DNA from: Basidiobolus meristosporus CBS 931.73
Taxonomy: Eukaryota; Fungi; Basidiobolomycota
DNA: 64,000 bases
Direction: 5' to 3'
Assembly: GCA_002104905.1 (NCBI GenBank)
Contig: MCFE01000144.1
Coordinates: 62,001-126,000 of the forward strand
A program made the translations under genes and the position numbers. Positions 11,382-24,499 of this stretch are shown piece after piece. The notes under the pieces are model-generated. The model worked only from the letters and a program-made list of their open reading frames with translations. It made no database searches and was not told the origin of the DNA. Each line of letters opens with the position of its first letter. The first letter of the stretch is position 1.

Positions 11382-13937
11382 TGTCATGATCTATTGCTTG
11401 AATGTTCAAGTTGGATCAGTTTTCAGTCAAATCAATGAGTTATATATTTAGCCTTTTAGTATATCAGTGTTATCTATCAAATCAGTAGCATTAGTCAGCA
11501 AATGAATCAGCAGATCCTTATCAGACAGGGATAGATATATTAAGTAGGATCCTATTGGGTTATGATGATGCAATCAAATGAGTCTTCAGTCACAGCCTAC
11601 ATTATGAAATACAATTAGTCAGCAATTGATCTGGCAAAATATATAAAAGGAGCTGCTGGAACCTCAATAAGAATCAGCTTAAGCTTTATTGAATACAGTA
11701 CTAGCTAAACTCCCTATTCCTCTACAACTCTAATACCAAGACTTGTAACATTGCCAAGTCCTTTGCAAGCATTACAGCCCCATGAACTGATATTTGCAAG
11801 AAATACATCATCTCAAAGTGGCACATAGCCTGTGAGACTGCCAATTCAGATGCGCAGAATGAACTTGCTAAGCTGCCAAGCTTAAGAATACTAGAATTCA
11901 GATATTAGTTTACTCTGTGCCCAAATGCTTCAGATGATGGAGTTGTTGGAGTACTGAGCTAAGAATAAAAAGGAAAGGACTGCCAAGTTGCTTTCAAACC
12001 CAAGAAATGGAATTCAGCTGATTAAAACTATCCAGCTCATGGGAGGGAGATGATTGCCATGATACACTACTCGAAGACCCAGATATGATAGAGTGAAGTA
12101 GTCAAGTGTGCTGTGATGACTGATTGCACTTTGGTCTAGTATATGCTTACTCAGAAGGTACTATGCAGAAGATGGGCAAGAGGGAGTGGATATATTCAGC
12201 AATTTGACTTGGAGATTGTCTACTGCCCTGGGAAAAACTACATGGTTGGCATAACTAGAACAAGTGGCACAACTAAGCTTGGTGCATAAATCAAATTGGC
12301 ACAGCTTATTAAAAGTGTACTTGGAGGACAAAGCCATTCTTAATGAGGTAGATGAAGAGATCAAGAAGACAATCCAAGATGAAGCCAGCAAAATTGTAGT
12401 ACAGGATGGAACACTACCAAAATGTTGATGGAAGCCCTATTGCCTATTGCCCATATGTTGCTTGCCTGAATTCAATGCATCAGCTACACAATGGATATTG
12501 ACATCTTGGAGTTGAAGGTATCTACAGCTTTGTGAAAGCCAGCACATGGTGGCCCAGAGTGAAACAAGATATTGCAAAGCTGGTGAAAACATACCCAAAC
12601 TGCAAAATCAATCATAGCCAGCCACAGAGAATTACTAAACTCTGTCCCTTGGACCCTGTGAGACAATCTGAGAGATGGGGAATTGCATTTATTGGATGAA
12701 TGCTAACCACCAGGATATGCAACCATTGGATCCTGGTAGCAATCAACCAGGCCACTAAATGGCCAGAGGTACAGCTGTACCGGTAGCCAGTCAACAAGAA
12801 ACTGCAAGTTTCCATCTTCCATATGATTCTTGTGAAGTATGGATGCCCTCTGTATACTTAATCTCAAAGCGGAGCTAACTTTTTGGCAAAGACCTTGGAA
12901 GCTTACCTAGAAATACAGCAGACCAACAACTTGAAAACCTTGCCAAATCATCATAGAACCAATAGAGTCACTGAGCAGCTCAGTGTAATATTTGTAGAAA
13001 TGCTGACCAAGTATGGAAAAGGAGCTGTCAGTTGAGGAGATAAGTATATAGCCTAAGCACTTTTTGCCTGCAGAGTTGTTGTGCACAACAATACCCTTCA
13101 GTTGCCATTTTACTTGGTGTATGGTTGTAAACAAAGGTTTTAAGGAGATGTCACACAACAATAGGTTGAAGACACCTCAGAAGATGATCTCAGTCAGCCA
13201 AGTAGACTCCAGCAGCTGGAAAAAGACATGTAGAGGCAAAGGCCAAGGTATCTCAAAGTCTACTAAAGATGAAGCAGAGATCTGACAAGACTATAGCACC
13301 ATAAGTCTTATCAGCTTTGAACTCTGTATTGCTAAGAAACATCACTAGGAAGAAGTTTGTGCCACAATGGATGGGACCATTCAAGATCACTGGCAAATGC
13401 CATGTGCAACTTACCAACTAGTGGACAAACAAGGGAATATCTGGGAAGATTAAGCTCATAGAGACAGGTTCAAGCTTGCAAGAATTGCTGACAATACTGA
13501 ACCATCAGGATATTGGTATCACAAGAAAAGAGACCTAGGAAAATTATACTAACTATAGTAGTGGGGAATGTTATGATCTGCCACATGAAAGTTTAAGTTA
13601 GAACAATAGGAGGTATTATTCATTAGCTTTACATTGAGGGTAACTATATAATCGCTTTATCTAGCAACTTAGTATTATTAGCCAGCATATGAGTCAGCAG
13701 ATCCTTACCAGACAAAAATAGATATTTTCAGTAAGACCTAATTGGGCTCTGACAATACAATTAAATGAGTTGTCAGCCTCAATCTACATAAGAAAATAAA
13801 ATTAGACAACACTCATTCAGACATATCATTTATATGGAGCTGATGAAACTTCAATTAAAATCAGTTCAAGTTTCAGTGAATACAATACTAGCTGAGCTCC
13901 TTTTCCTCTACAACTCTTGTATCAAGACTTGGAAAAC
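11382..13937 (+). mobile_element. Internally deleted Ty3/gypsy relic (RNase H-integrase) between two diverged LTRs
   Basis: LTR-like 11382-11750 and 13569-~13937 (TGT(C/T)ATGATC start; PPT agtggggaa). Decayed RNase H NYPAH.REM, integrase WWPRVKQDIAKLVKTYPNC and PQWMGPFKI. Confidence 0.8.
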
Positions 13938-14249
13938 CACTTTGAGAGTAGCTGAGGCTTCCTTCACTGCTTTGGAAGTTTGCTAGATGAGATATCTCTC
14001 CAATTATAGAAAGTGTCCTACAATCACCTGTGAAAACCTTCTTGATGAGATTTATTGGTATTGAATGAGTTCTTCTTCATGTTCAAGATTTTAAAATGCT
14101 CCAGAGTCAATATACTTCATCTCAGAATTCTGGTTAGAAGTTAAATTCAGTGTAAGTATTAGAATTGTATCTTCAGTTACTGCAGCATTTCCACATGCAG
14201 GCCCTCTTTGCTCACCATCTTTCCTGTTGAGGCACTAGTATGATATTTG

Positions 14250-15080
14250 TCCCTTCCTTTTGCAGCAGTGGCATTACATGCTATTGCTGCCTTTAATGAG
14301 TTCCTGGTGCCTCCCACATTGGCTGTATTACTTACAACAGCATTTCTCTCCTACTTATTGGCAATTGAAATCATTAATTCTTGATCCAGAAGCCTCCTGT
14401 TTACATAATTTGAGGTTGAATCTTCTGTTTCCAGCTCTTGAACTGATAAAAGGACCTGCACCTTTTCTGTCAGGCTATTCAATATGGCAACTATTGTTAA
14501 AAGTCGTGGTATAAGAGTTGTAGAGGAATAGGGAGTTTAGCTAGTATTGTATTCACTAAATCTTGAACTGATTTTTATTGAGGTTCCAGCAGCTCCTTAT
14601 ATACATTTTGCCAGATCAATTGCTGACTAATTGTATTTCCTAATGTAGGTTGTGGCTGATGACTCATTTGATTGCATCATCATCACCCAATAAGATCCTA
14701 CTTAATATATCTATTTCTGTCTGATAAGGATCTGCTGATTCATTTGCTGACTAATGCTACTGATTTCATAGATAATACTGATATACTGATAACCTAAACA
14801 TATACTAATTAATTTGACTAAAAACTGATCTAACTTAAACATTCAAGCGGCAGATCATAACACTATCACATCTTCATTAGCAGTTGGTATGCGCATAGAT
14901 TCTGTCTAATTAACCAACAGAGTAATCCAGTTAACAAGATCTTTGTATCTTCTTTACACAGCATCATTGTAGTAAGCAAATTTGTTTAGTAGATGTAATA
15001 ATGAGTATTGGCAAGTCTTTTTATGATATCTGCAGTGTAATTCCTTTGACAGTCTTTGTACAGTATGCTCAAGGTATCAA
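14250..15080 (-). pseudogene. Copia family C gag relic
   Basis: Collinear with 34770-35100 once the solo LTR at 14495-14862 is removed. Confidence 0.75.
14495..14862 (-). repeat. Gypsy solo LTR (368 bp) with 4-bp TSD CTAT
   Basis: Reverse complement of 11382-11750; TG..CA ends; CTAT at 14491-14494 and 14863-14866. Removing it restores gcaactatcacatc, matching gtaactatcacatc near 35000. Confidence 0.92.
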
Positions 15081-15084
15081 GACC

Positions 15085-15152
15085 TCTAAGTCATGGGATA
15101 TATATTTTTTGACAGCCTTTTGGCTGGATCATTTTAGTTACTTCTCATAGGG
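15085..15152 (-). repeat. Isolated left terminus of the CCCTA (CACTA-like) element
   Basis: rc = ccctatgagaagtaactaaaatgatccagccaaaaggctgtc..cccatgact, matching 36055-36120. Confidence 0.75.
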
Positions 15153-15432
15153 TATCATAATGCCTCTAATGGAATTTTGTAACATGACCATGTGCATCAA
15201 CTGATTGCAGCACTTTTTAAGGTGCAGAGCTCAGAATAACACCCTTGAATATTGCAGAGATTTACTGTACGTACTGGCAAATGGGGTGCACAATCTTGCA
15301 GTCCCAGCTGAAGACCAGGATACATGAGCAATGGTGCAAGAACAATGACATAAGGCAATAGACTATAACCAAAGTGATGGAGAAAGCACATTATAGAAAA
15401 AATACTAACTCAAAGGTGGAATTTAAAGGAGT

Positions 15433-16181
15433 CACTTATTAGACTTGTTCCATCAGATAGTGCAACATTGAGCCAAGAGTGCCAAATGATGCCATAGTGT
15501 ACCAGGGAGGCCAGAAGAGCCTATACTTGGCCACAGAGAGTGAAACATAGCTCTGCACTTTTGTGCAAAGCTGCCCTTGTGTTTCACTCCCTGTATTGGA
15601 GAAAATTCATTTTTTGCCCTTTTTTTTAAGTCAATGTTGTGCAGGCTGTGTAAGAGCCCAAAAGGATTGAAGACATACATCAGGTACTCCATACCCATGG
15701 CACTCTGAATCTGTCTCTTGTGGCCTGTAACATGTCACAAAAATGCATGGCACTATCTTGGTATGCTGGTACTATTTGGCACTATATTTAATCATTAGCC
15801 ATAAAGTAAGATCTATACAAAGCACTTTTAGTGCCAGGTAGTACCAGTGGACCAAGATAGTGCCATGCATTTTTGTGACATGTTACAAGACACAGGAGTT
15901 AGATTCAGAGTGCCACGGGTATTGCAAATCTGATGCATGTCTTCAGTTCTTTTGTGCGCTTACACCTCCTGCACAAAATTGATCTACAAAAAAACATCAA
16001 AAAATGGATTTTCTCCTGCAATATAGGTGAGACACAGGGACTGCTTTGCATAAAGATGCAGAGCAATGTTTCACTCTCTGTGGCCAAGTATAGGTCTATC
16101 TGGCCTCCCTGACACACTATGGCATCATTAGGCACTCATGGCTCAATGTGGCACTATCCAATGGAACAAGTCTATTGAGTG
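15433..16181. mobile_element. Foldback / long-TIR non-autonomous element, 749 bp
   Basis: Arms ~15433-15784 and ~15829-16181 are imperfect inverted repeats around a ~44-bp spacer; ends CACT(T/C)A.TAGACTTGTTCCA; repeated GTGCC/GGCAC submotifs; no TSD found. Confidence 0.9.
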
Positions 16182-16479
16182 TGGATTAAGCTTAATATCA
16201 CTATTTGGTAAAGCAAGTTGCGTATGTCAGTACAACTGGCCAGGAACTAAGGAATGTGGAAAAATGGTAATAGCCAATCAGTGTTTATCAGCACAAGAGG
16301 TAGTTGCATATTCAGGATCAGAAAGTGGGGGAATTGGTAGAGAACCAATTTTTGGCCATCAATGTATATATTGTAATGAAGTATTTGACCAAGTTTTTTG
16401 TGAAATATGAAGTACAATTCTTCAACAGCATTTAAAAGAGTACTAATTTCATGAATTGCCAAAATATCAGAGAGTTATA

Positions 16480-17110
16480 TTACAAAAGAAATGGAGAATT
16501 GGAAGAGTTACATGATATTTGCCTATTGATTTATTGAGTTGCAATTCAGTATGCGTACCTATTAATGAACCACGTAACTGGAACTATTTGATGAATATCA
16601 GGGAAGTCTCAGGAGTCTGTTGAACTATTAGACTATTTGGTATCATTCAGCAGCCTATAACTAACTTAACAGTTCTGGACTAAGCTTGATCATTGTAGGA
16701 CCTTACCAAGTCTATATCCCATCACTTCATAAACTGCAACAGGGTCTATGTGCCAAGTTTTAACTCATTTGCAGAAGTTTCAGATTTTCATAAGTTCTAT
16801 ACTTCACTAATTCCCATAAATTAGTAAATATTTCACTTACTAATTTTAAGTAGATGTTCTAAAACACATCATTTAACCAAGTGCTTGTTCATACTATATA
16901 TCAATAATCAGGTGAGTTCCTAATTATTTCATCACCCTCAACCGCATAATATGTACATATACTTATTGAATTGCTGTGATGTTGTGTATTATCATGAGGA
17001 AATTAAATCTGTAACTAACTAACTAACCCACTTAACTTATATACTCTCCAATACATCTTAGGGATTGAATATTATCTGTTATAACTATGTATAAGCCTAT
17101 ACTACTTCCA
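16480..17110 (-). repeat. Family B 3' internal end plus LTR, interrupted by a mini solo LTR
   Basis: Reverse complement matches 1990-2164 and 1638-1986. Confidence 0.7.
16618..16741 (+). repeat. Internally deleted family A solo LTR (124 bp)
   Basis: Has the family A LTR start (tgttgaactattagactatttggtatcattcagcagc) and end (atcacttcataaactgcaaca); flanks GAGTC / GGGTC. Confidence 0.85.
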
Positions 17111-17200
17111 CATACTTCAGAGCCAATTACTTTGAGTGTGAATTTGCACATTTTAGCTACAGTAAGGACTAGTCAATATTAGTGTTAAGATGAGCAGGAG

Positions 17201-17548
17201 TGTTGTAGGAGTTGCTAGCTTTACCCAAGTATTCACTTAACTTTGTCACCTAGATCATTACTTACAAGCCTTACTGAATACTGAAAAAAATCCTTGTTAG
17301 GACTCATTTATAGTATTTTCACCAAGATGTCAGGTATACAATAAAATAATACTTCCAAGAGTATTCTCAACAGCCTCAAACTCTGAACATATGCACTTGG
17401 GATCTTCCTGAGGATAATCTAGGCTTGTTTTGCCTAGAAATTGTCAAAGTACAAAAACTACTTTCACATTCAATTAATCATTCAGTGAAAGCAACATCAT
17501 TATCCTGATGTTGCAATCACTTCCAATACATTTAGGACTTCTAAAACA
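17201..17548 (+). repeat. Copia family C 3' LTR with upstream PPT
   Basis: gagcaggag|tgttgtagg...ctaaaaca; matches the reverse complement of 31188-31535. Confidence 0.75.
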
Positions 17549-17639
17549 AGACATAGCTCCCCCAAAGTGATTATCCATATAGCTGTTATATTACATCTAT
17601 CCAGTTTTGACTTGTTAGTATTAGCCCATTCCTTTTTTT

Positions 17640-18025
17640 CATAATAGACATGTTCCATTGGATAGTGCCACATGAAGCCATGAGTGCCAAATGATGCAAT
17701 AGTGTGCCAGAAAGGGCAAGTGTGCCTATACTTGGCCACAGAGTGTAAAATATAGTTCTTCATCTTCATGCAAAGCAGCCCCTGTGTTTCACCTTTTTTA
17801 CTTGAGAAAACCTATTTTTTGACTTTTTTTTGGATCAATTTTGTGCAGGATGTGTAAGAGCACAGAAGGACTAAATACATGCATCTGGTACTCAATACCC
17901 ATGGTACTCTGGATCTAGCTCCTGTGGCTTGTATCTTGTCATAAAAATATATTGCACTATCATGGTCCACTGGCACTGACTAGCACTACAAGTGCTTTGT
18001 ATGGGTTTTACTTCAGGGACTATAT
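17640..18025. repeat. Truncated second copy of the foldback element (one arm plus spacer)
   Basis: Matches the arm at 15440-15784, then the reverse complement of the spacer (agtgctttgtat..ttactt). Confidence 0.85.
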
Positions 18026-18029
18026 TTAT

Positions 18030-21000
18030 ATCTGCTGCAATTGACCTACTACTATCACCTTAACTTTACGGCTTTTTGGTGTGATACTTGCAAAGTTGAC
18101 ATATGCCTGTATTGCTGATAATATATAATCTTGCAAATATATGCTTGGTTGCTGCTTCTATTGCCATCAATACCTCCTGAAAATCTGCATAGAACTTGTT
18201 AGTATTTAGTCAAGACTTCTCCCTGCTGAATTCTAATCCCCATTATTGGTGCATCATAGCCATGGTTTATATGAATTCTGTAGTGTATGGTGTAGAAACA
18301 GGCTTGCGACCAAGAGAAACCCAGCATATTTTGGTAAAGTTGTCCTAATAAAAATCAGCTGCTTGTTGCACCTAACTTACTTTGCAATACTTAACTGACT
18401 ACCTACACATTTGGGCTACTTGGCTTCTTAATGCTAAACGTATAAATGTTTCCATGTGCATACTTATCCTCACTATCTTCCTACTCTTCTTGACTGCCCC
18501 CCATGTGGTAATTTATCATATACATGATGCACTTTGAGATATTATTCTTGATGAGATTGAAATATGGTAGTACCTGCAATCTGACTTGCCTTCCTATCTT
18601 CCATCCATTGGCTCCATAGGAAGTTCTCTAAAAGTGAGGCAAGGCCCAATATTTTGCGCACAATAATCAAGACAAAGTACAGCATGAATACAGTATTGGC
18701 AGAGATCTATACATTCAGCTCTATGCTTGTAGTATAGCTGCTCAAATCCTGTCACAAATTCCTTACATAGAAGCTGTAGATATATCAAGCTGTTATTGGT
18801 GATCTGCTTCTGGATAAATATTCCCACAATGTCAACATATGGCTCCCAATGCTTCAAATATACTCATGGTAGTAATGGCTTCAGAAGGCCACTTGATTAG
18901 CATATATTCATTTCATATGATCCTATTATTTGTATTATTGTATATGCATATGCATATTGCTTTAAGCCTGTGAGAAGGATTTTGGATAGCATGTACCCAG
19001 CAATATCTTGCCAATCCTATCAAACTTCTCTGGTATCTCAATGGGCTCATTCTGCTTGATTCAACCCATGTACAACTTGGCAACTAGTATAGGAATACTC
19101 TTGAAAAGCAAATTCATTACTCCCAATACAATGCTTTTGCTGCAACAGATGGCTTATAGCTTAAGTATCTCTGGTTCCCAGTTAATTCCATATTATAGCT
19201 GATGGCTTATAGCTTTCTAACTTTGCTGCAGTTGCATGCTGACTTCTGTGTGTTTTCCCTGTGGGATGATCATGTTGTCAAGGTTGCAGCTTGGATTATA
19301 ATAATGTGTGTGATCTATGGAATAAATACCCTGAATCTGACATATTTGACAGTAACAACATTATTGTGCCCAGAAAGGTTGGCATTTTGCTAATGGCTGG
19401 GGTATCTCCAATGCAGCTAAAAATATGTGCTTAGATATGAGAGTTATTAAGTCAGCATTCTTGTTCAGAGCTATTGCTCTGCATGCCATATTCAGAAGGC
19501 TGGAGCTTAAAGGTATTACAACACTCTTGACTCAGTTTGTGCAAGGGGACAAGTACAGTTAGGTGCCATTATACAAGTATCAAGTGGCCTGGAAGATGTT
19601 GTTAGTACAGTAGTACATGAAGAATGGTCAAGTATACCAGCTTGGAAAATTGCTGTCTGTGATCCTGGTAATACTTCCTTTGTTGTCTGTGTGCTCCCTA
19701 AATTAGAGGCTTGTGACAATAGTCTCATGTTCTTTTCCACTTCACTAATGTCATTGAATCAAAGTAGTCTTCTCAAGGGGCACACAGTTTAACACTCAAC
19801 AACACAATGCTATTATATCACTTTTTTGTCAATACTCCAGTGAATTTGAGAAAGTCTTGTACTTAAGACATTGCACTTGCATGAATGTAAGATTCAATGA
19901 TGACCTGCTTTTGTAAGCATTATAAATAAAGTCGTGGCACTACATGCACACGCATATATAACACTATTTTCCCATTGGTTTGACTCACTTCCATATATAT
20001 GCTGCCAAAGAAGGACACATTGTTGTCTGCATCCCAACCCAACACCACTGGCAACAGCAGCAGAAGGACAGTTGGATAACAGCTTGCTTTAACATTCAGG
20101 GAAACAAGCAAAGACGCATCCAAAAAAGACCATGTTGACAGTGATTTCATGAAGGTAATAATTCCAACTCCCCAGGCTTTCAATCAGGTTAGCAAATGAG
20201 AATCCATGGAGAGCTGCAAGCTGATCACAATGTTCTGGCAGACAACAATCTTGTAAATGCTGTTCCTTTGGTGACAACCAGCATTAGACATTAAAGCATC
20301 ACCACCCATATTAGCTAGTATGTAGTTGGTTCATATCAAAGTATTAATGAGGCTACTAGGTCCAGTGGCTAATAGGATCAATGCAACAGCTCAGAGAAAT
20401 TAGGAAATACTTCAGGGACAGGATGAGTGGATAATAGGTGTAGAGAAATCACTGTCCCAAGTAGTGAATCCAAAATCTTAACTGCAAAAAAGGAAGTGAA
20501 GTAGCTCATTATCACAACCAAGAATTGAACCATTTCCTGATGTAACAGCAAAAAACACCATTCAGTCTTTGCAGCACAACAACAGTGACAAAAGTTAAAT
20601 TCCACAAGAAAATGCATAATAGCATGGGAGGGAGAGACTGTGGTGTTAATACTCAAACATAAAAATCCAAAGAAATTTAAGATCCATGAAGCCAATGAGT
20701 GCAATGATCAAGAGTAGGCATATAGTCAGGTGGCTGTTAGCACTCTGACATGGCATTCCCTCTAGACCAGCATACCATGTGACCATCAGGAACACAAGGC
20801 CAGGCAGAATGTGCTTAACCTGTTCCATGTACTTCATCCTAGACTCAAGCAGGCAAACAGACTTTGAGCAGCATTGGAACGCTAAGAAAGTACCTCAAGA
20901 ATAGCTGAAGCTATCAAAGGCAGAAAAATAAGTGTGCCACAGCTAAATACCAGTCCCCTCCTCAAGAAGTTGCTGCAAGAAGGGCTGAAAGCTACAAGCA

Positions 21001-22312
21001 AGTGGCAAAAAAAAATCTGGTAGCCAGACAAGAGCTAGTAAGGGACAGGCCAGCAGCAGCAGTTGCATCAGTGCAGCATTTATCAAGGAGAATATGAATT
21101 TCAGTTCAAGAAGCACATGGTCATGGTAGCAGTGAAGGACCTAAAAGTACTAAAAGCTCATGGCTCTCTCAGCAGCCTGTCAAGTGTAGGGCTGAGAGTC
21201 TAAGCAAAGCAGCAAAGAAAAGTCAGGCTGCCACAAGAGTGCTGGCAAGGGACAAGCAGGCAAAAATGGATGCACCTGTGCAACATTAATCAAGGAGAAG
21301 ACAGAGTACAATACAGGATGCACTCAGTCAAGGTAGTAGTGAAAGGCCTGCTAGTAGTAAAAGTCAAGGTCAAGGGAAAGAAGTATATTGAAGCCAGAAG
21401 TAGAGAGGCATGAGAAAAAAGCTGCAGCTCTTACCAATTGCTACTGTTGGCCCAGAATATGATGAGTTCCATCATAGTCAAGAAAAGTTACCATCCAGAA
21501 AAGAGCTTTTTTCTCAAAGAGTTGAATGTGCAGTTAGTTAAGCTACACTCCAGTGAGGTAGTTGTGGTTGCAGAGAAAAGGAATTTGTCTACTACTGCCT
21601 TCATGTGCTCTATAGTTGACAGAGTGGAGATCACACTGTCAGACAAAGTAACAATGTCAAGAACTCAAAAGCCTATCTCAACACCTACAATGGAGTTCTG
21701 GAAAATTAATAGGCACACCTGGAGGTTGCAGCCCTTCTCTAAGAGCAGTGCTCAAGAAACTGCACTTCCAAATTTCAAGCATTTAGTGCAAATACTGTCA
21801 GATCAGGTGCAAGTACTTGCAGTGCTGGCTAAAGAGCAGGATATATGGGAACCAGTGAGTAAGTAGTGGCATAAAGCCACAGGGCTCCTGCCAGAGTTGT
21901 TGAACAAGGGCATGATAGCAGAAATACTAATTGAATGGTGGATTTTAATGGAGTTACTTGTTACTGAAGTTTCAGCAGAAAATAATTCAAGTTGTATACA
22001 TGAAAAGTAAGAGAATTAGTTGAGTAAGGAGGTAAGGAATGTTACAAAGCATCAATACCAATCAATGTACACAAATGTATTAGGTGATTGAGTGTCTGGT
22101 ATCAGAAAGTGCAAGAACTGGTAGAGGACCAATCAAAAGCCGCTTATGTAATGTTGTGATAAAAATTTTGACCAAGTGTTTTGCAACCTGTGGGGTGCAG
22201 ATATTTCAGCTGTCTTTGCACAGTGTTTCAAAAGGACTAATATCTCTTCGTCATGGGACTTCAATTCTGCAATGGCCTTTTGACAGGATTATCACAACTA
22301 TTTCTGATAGAG
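18030..22312 (-). mobile_element. CACTA-like (CMC) DNA transposon copy 1, inverted orientation, degenerate
   Basis: Minus-strand transposase relic 18030-19600 (FVTGFEQLYY..H.VLCL..IGPC..LPME); plus-strand accessory gene ~20000-22000; terminus tttctgatagag at 22301-22312. Confidence 0.75.
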
Positions 22313-23123
22313 CTCAACTGGCTATACTTTCAACTCTTGTGATAAAACCCTATGAAAAATACTTGTAATGATCCCATCAAAAGGCTGTCACAAGGTTAAA
22401 GTCCTGCAACTAAGAGGTACTGATCCTGTCAGGATACTGACCAGATACTATTGAAAAATAATTGCACACCAGATTTCACAAAAAACTTGGTCAAAATTTC
22501 TCATCACAACAATGTATAAGTGGCTTTTGACTTGTTCCCTGCCAATTTGCTCTCTTTCTGATCCTGGACACTCAATTGCCTCCAACATTTGTGTGCATTG
22601 ATTGGCTATTGCCTCTTTTTCACACTCCTTACTGCCTGACTAAACCATTTCTCTTACTTTTCATGCATATATATTGATTTATTTCCATTGAAACTTCATT
22701 TGTACCACAATTGCCAATTGTGCTCACCCAGCCAAGTCCCTATACCCTACATTAACTTTAAGCCTAACCCCACACTCAGCAAGTAACTCCATTAAATTCA
22801 CCACTCACTAAGTATTTCTGCTATAAAACTCTGTGTTGTATCTAAGAGAAAAGTGTGATAAACTTTTGAATGAGTTTACTGAAACCTAAGAGATAACTAA
22901 ACACAGAATCTCAGAATTATCAAGGGTGACTGAGATATTAGCAGAGGAGGTCTGGTCTAATATTGGTTTTGTATGTAGTTGATTTGGGCTATGAAAGCAA
23001 CAGAGTTGGTTGGCTCTACAGGCTAGGCTTGGTGTTCTTGGGAATGCTAAATATGCTGGGCCTGGGTGGAAACTAGAACAGGATTGTTGAATTCTTAATT
23101 TTGCTGAGGCACAGTCCTTATTT

Positions 23124-24240
23124 TGTTAAGACGCACACTAAACCAAAAGGTTCAGTGAACTTTATTAATATTTTTCTGATCAAGTTGAATTAGAAAGCAC
23201 TAAGAGACTGGACTAATTGAAATCTGTTGTGGTGTGCATTGGTGCATAAGATAAATGAGAGATTACATCATTACTCAGCTGATGTCTTGGTAACTGCTAA
23301 GTGGTTGAATAAATCTCAGATGACTAATCACTTGGAAAGGCTTAGCAGATTAGTTGAGGACACAACAACCACATGAAAGTTGATCAGGCATAACAGCTAA
23401 AAGTAGATTCTGAGAAGTGATAAAATAGACCATAACTGGGATCAGTTATGTTTGGGTAAGGGAAAATCAATTAGAGTACTAGATATTCTAATATAGTAAA
23501 ATAGGCTACATATCAAATGTTGATGCACAGCATCACTTCCTCCTAGGAGAAGAGTTTTCTGATATCTTCAGCTTTCATCTTGACTAAATAAAGCCAATTT
23601 GGTTTTTCTCTGTTATGGTCAACAACAGCTTCAGCTTCATAGGATTCTGAAGTAACTGGTTCTTGAGATATAAGCTTCAGTGAAGAAGGTGGAAGTTTTT
23701 GGGCAGTAGTGCTCCAGTATTGTCCTGAAGTACAGATGATCCTCCAGTGGTCCATCTGACAACTTTCAATGGGTCTTCATATTTGGGGTCAAGTTTAGAT
23801 TGCTGGATTGGATCTAGTGTCATTGCATATGACCCATCAGGGAAGCTGCTGCTCCTGTAACTTGAGGGGTATGTTGAAGTCATCTTTTGCTGTGAGGTCT
23901 TACTTCTGGCACTGATAGCAGGGTAAACAATGTTGGTAAAGTACTCAAGTTGGTTCTTTAGCTTGTCTATATTCAAATCTGCTAACATTGTATTCTGGCA
24001 GTCCCCAAAGTGGTTGTATCTTCTTCCAAACATCAAAGCAGATGGTGTTGATCCATATAGATCATCAATCTTGGTATTGATAGCATACTGTACAGTTGGA
24101 ATGAACTTGTCCCAGTTCTTCTTAATACCTTTGATAGATTCCCTGATGATGTTCACTGATGTCTGAGCATGCCTTTCAGCAAGTTCATTAGCTTTGGGAT
24201 GATAGGGAGTGATCTGCCACCCAAGTCATATTTGACCATT
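23124..24240 (-). mobile_element. Ty3/gypsy chromovirus relic (integrase C-terminus, chromodomain, 3' LTR)
   Basis: NWDKFIPTVQYAINTK..STPSALMFGR, KLDPKYEDPLKVV, chromodomain YEAEAVVDH..YLVK; PPT-like aggaggaag, then an LTR-like segment ~23533-23124 with AATAAA and an AACA end. Confidence 0.8.
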
Positions 24241-24499
24241 CATTGGTCACTACTGTACCAACATTATCTTGCCAGCCAGTTGATACTTCTATATTGGCTC
24301 TTGGCTGTCTTTATCACCTTGCACAAACTAAGTCAGGTGAGTTTGTGATGCCTTTAGGCTCACCTCAGCCTTCTGAGTATGGCATGCAGAGTGATAGCTC
24401 TGACAAAGAAGGTTCTCAGATGGATTGTGAGCCTATCTCCCCTCACAACAGTACCATGTATGTGCCTGGTCAAATCCCAGTATGCAATGAGCCAACACC

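Noticed and set aside
15430-16184. Target-site duplication around the foldback element
   Set aside because: The flanks (agt / tgg) do not match at 2 or 3 bp, so the superfamily cannot be fixed from a TSD
16138-16462. Zinc-finger-like Cys pairs (KECGK, QCIYCNE)
   Set aside because: Too short and isolated to assign; there is no second copy in the window
20900-21400. CRISPR-like array from the recurring gtagcagtgaa.gacct motif
   Set aside because: Units are ~205 bp, degenerate and coding-like, with no unique spacers, in a eukaryotic context
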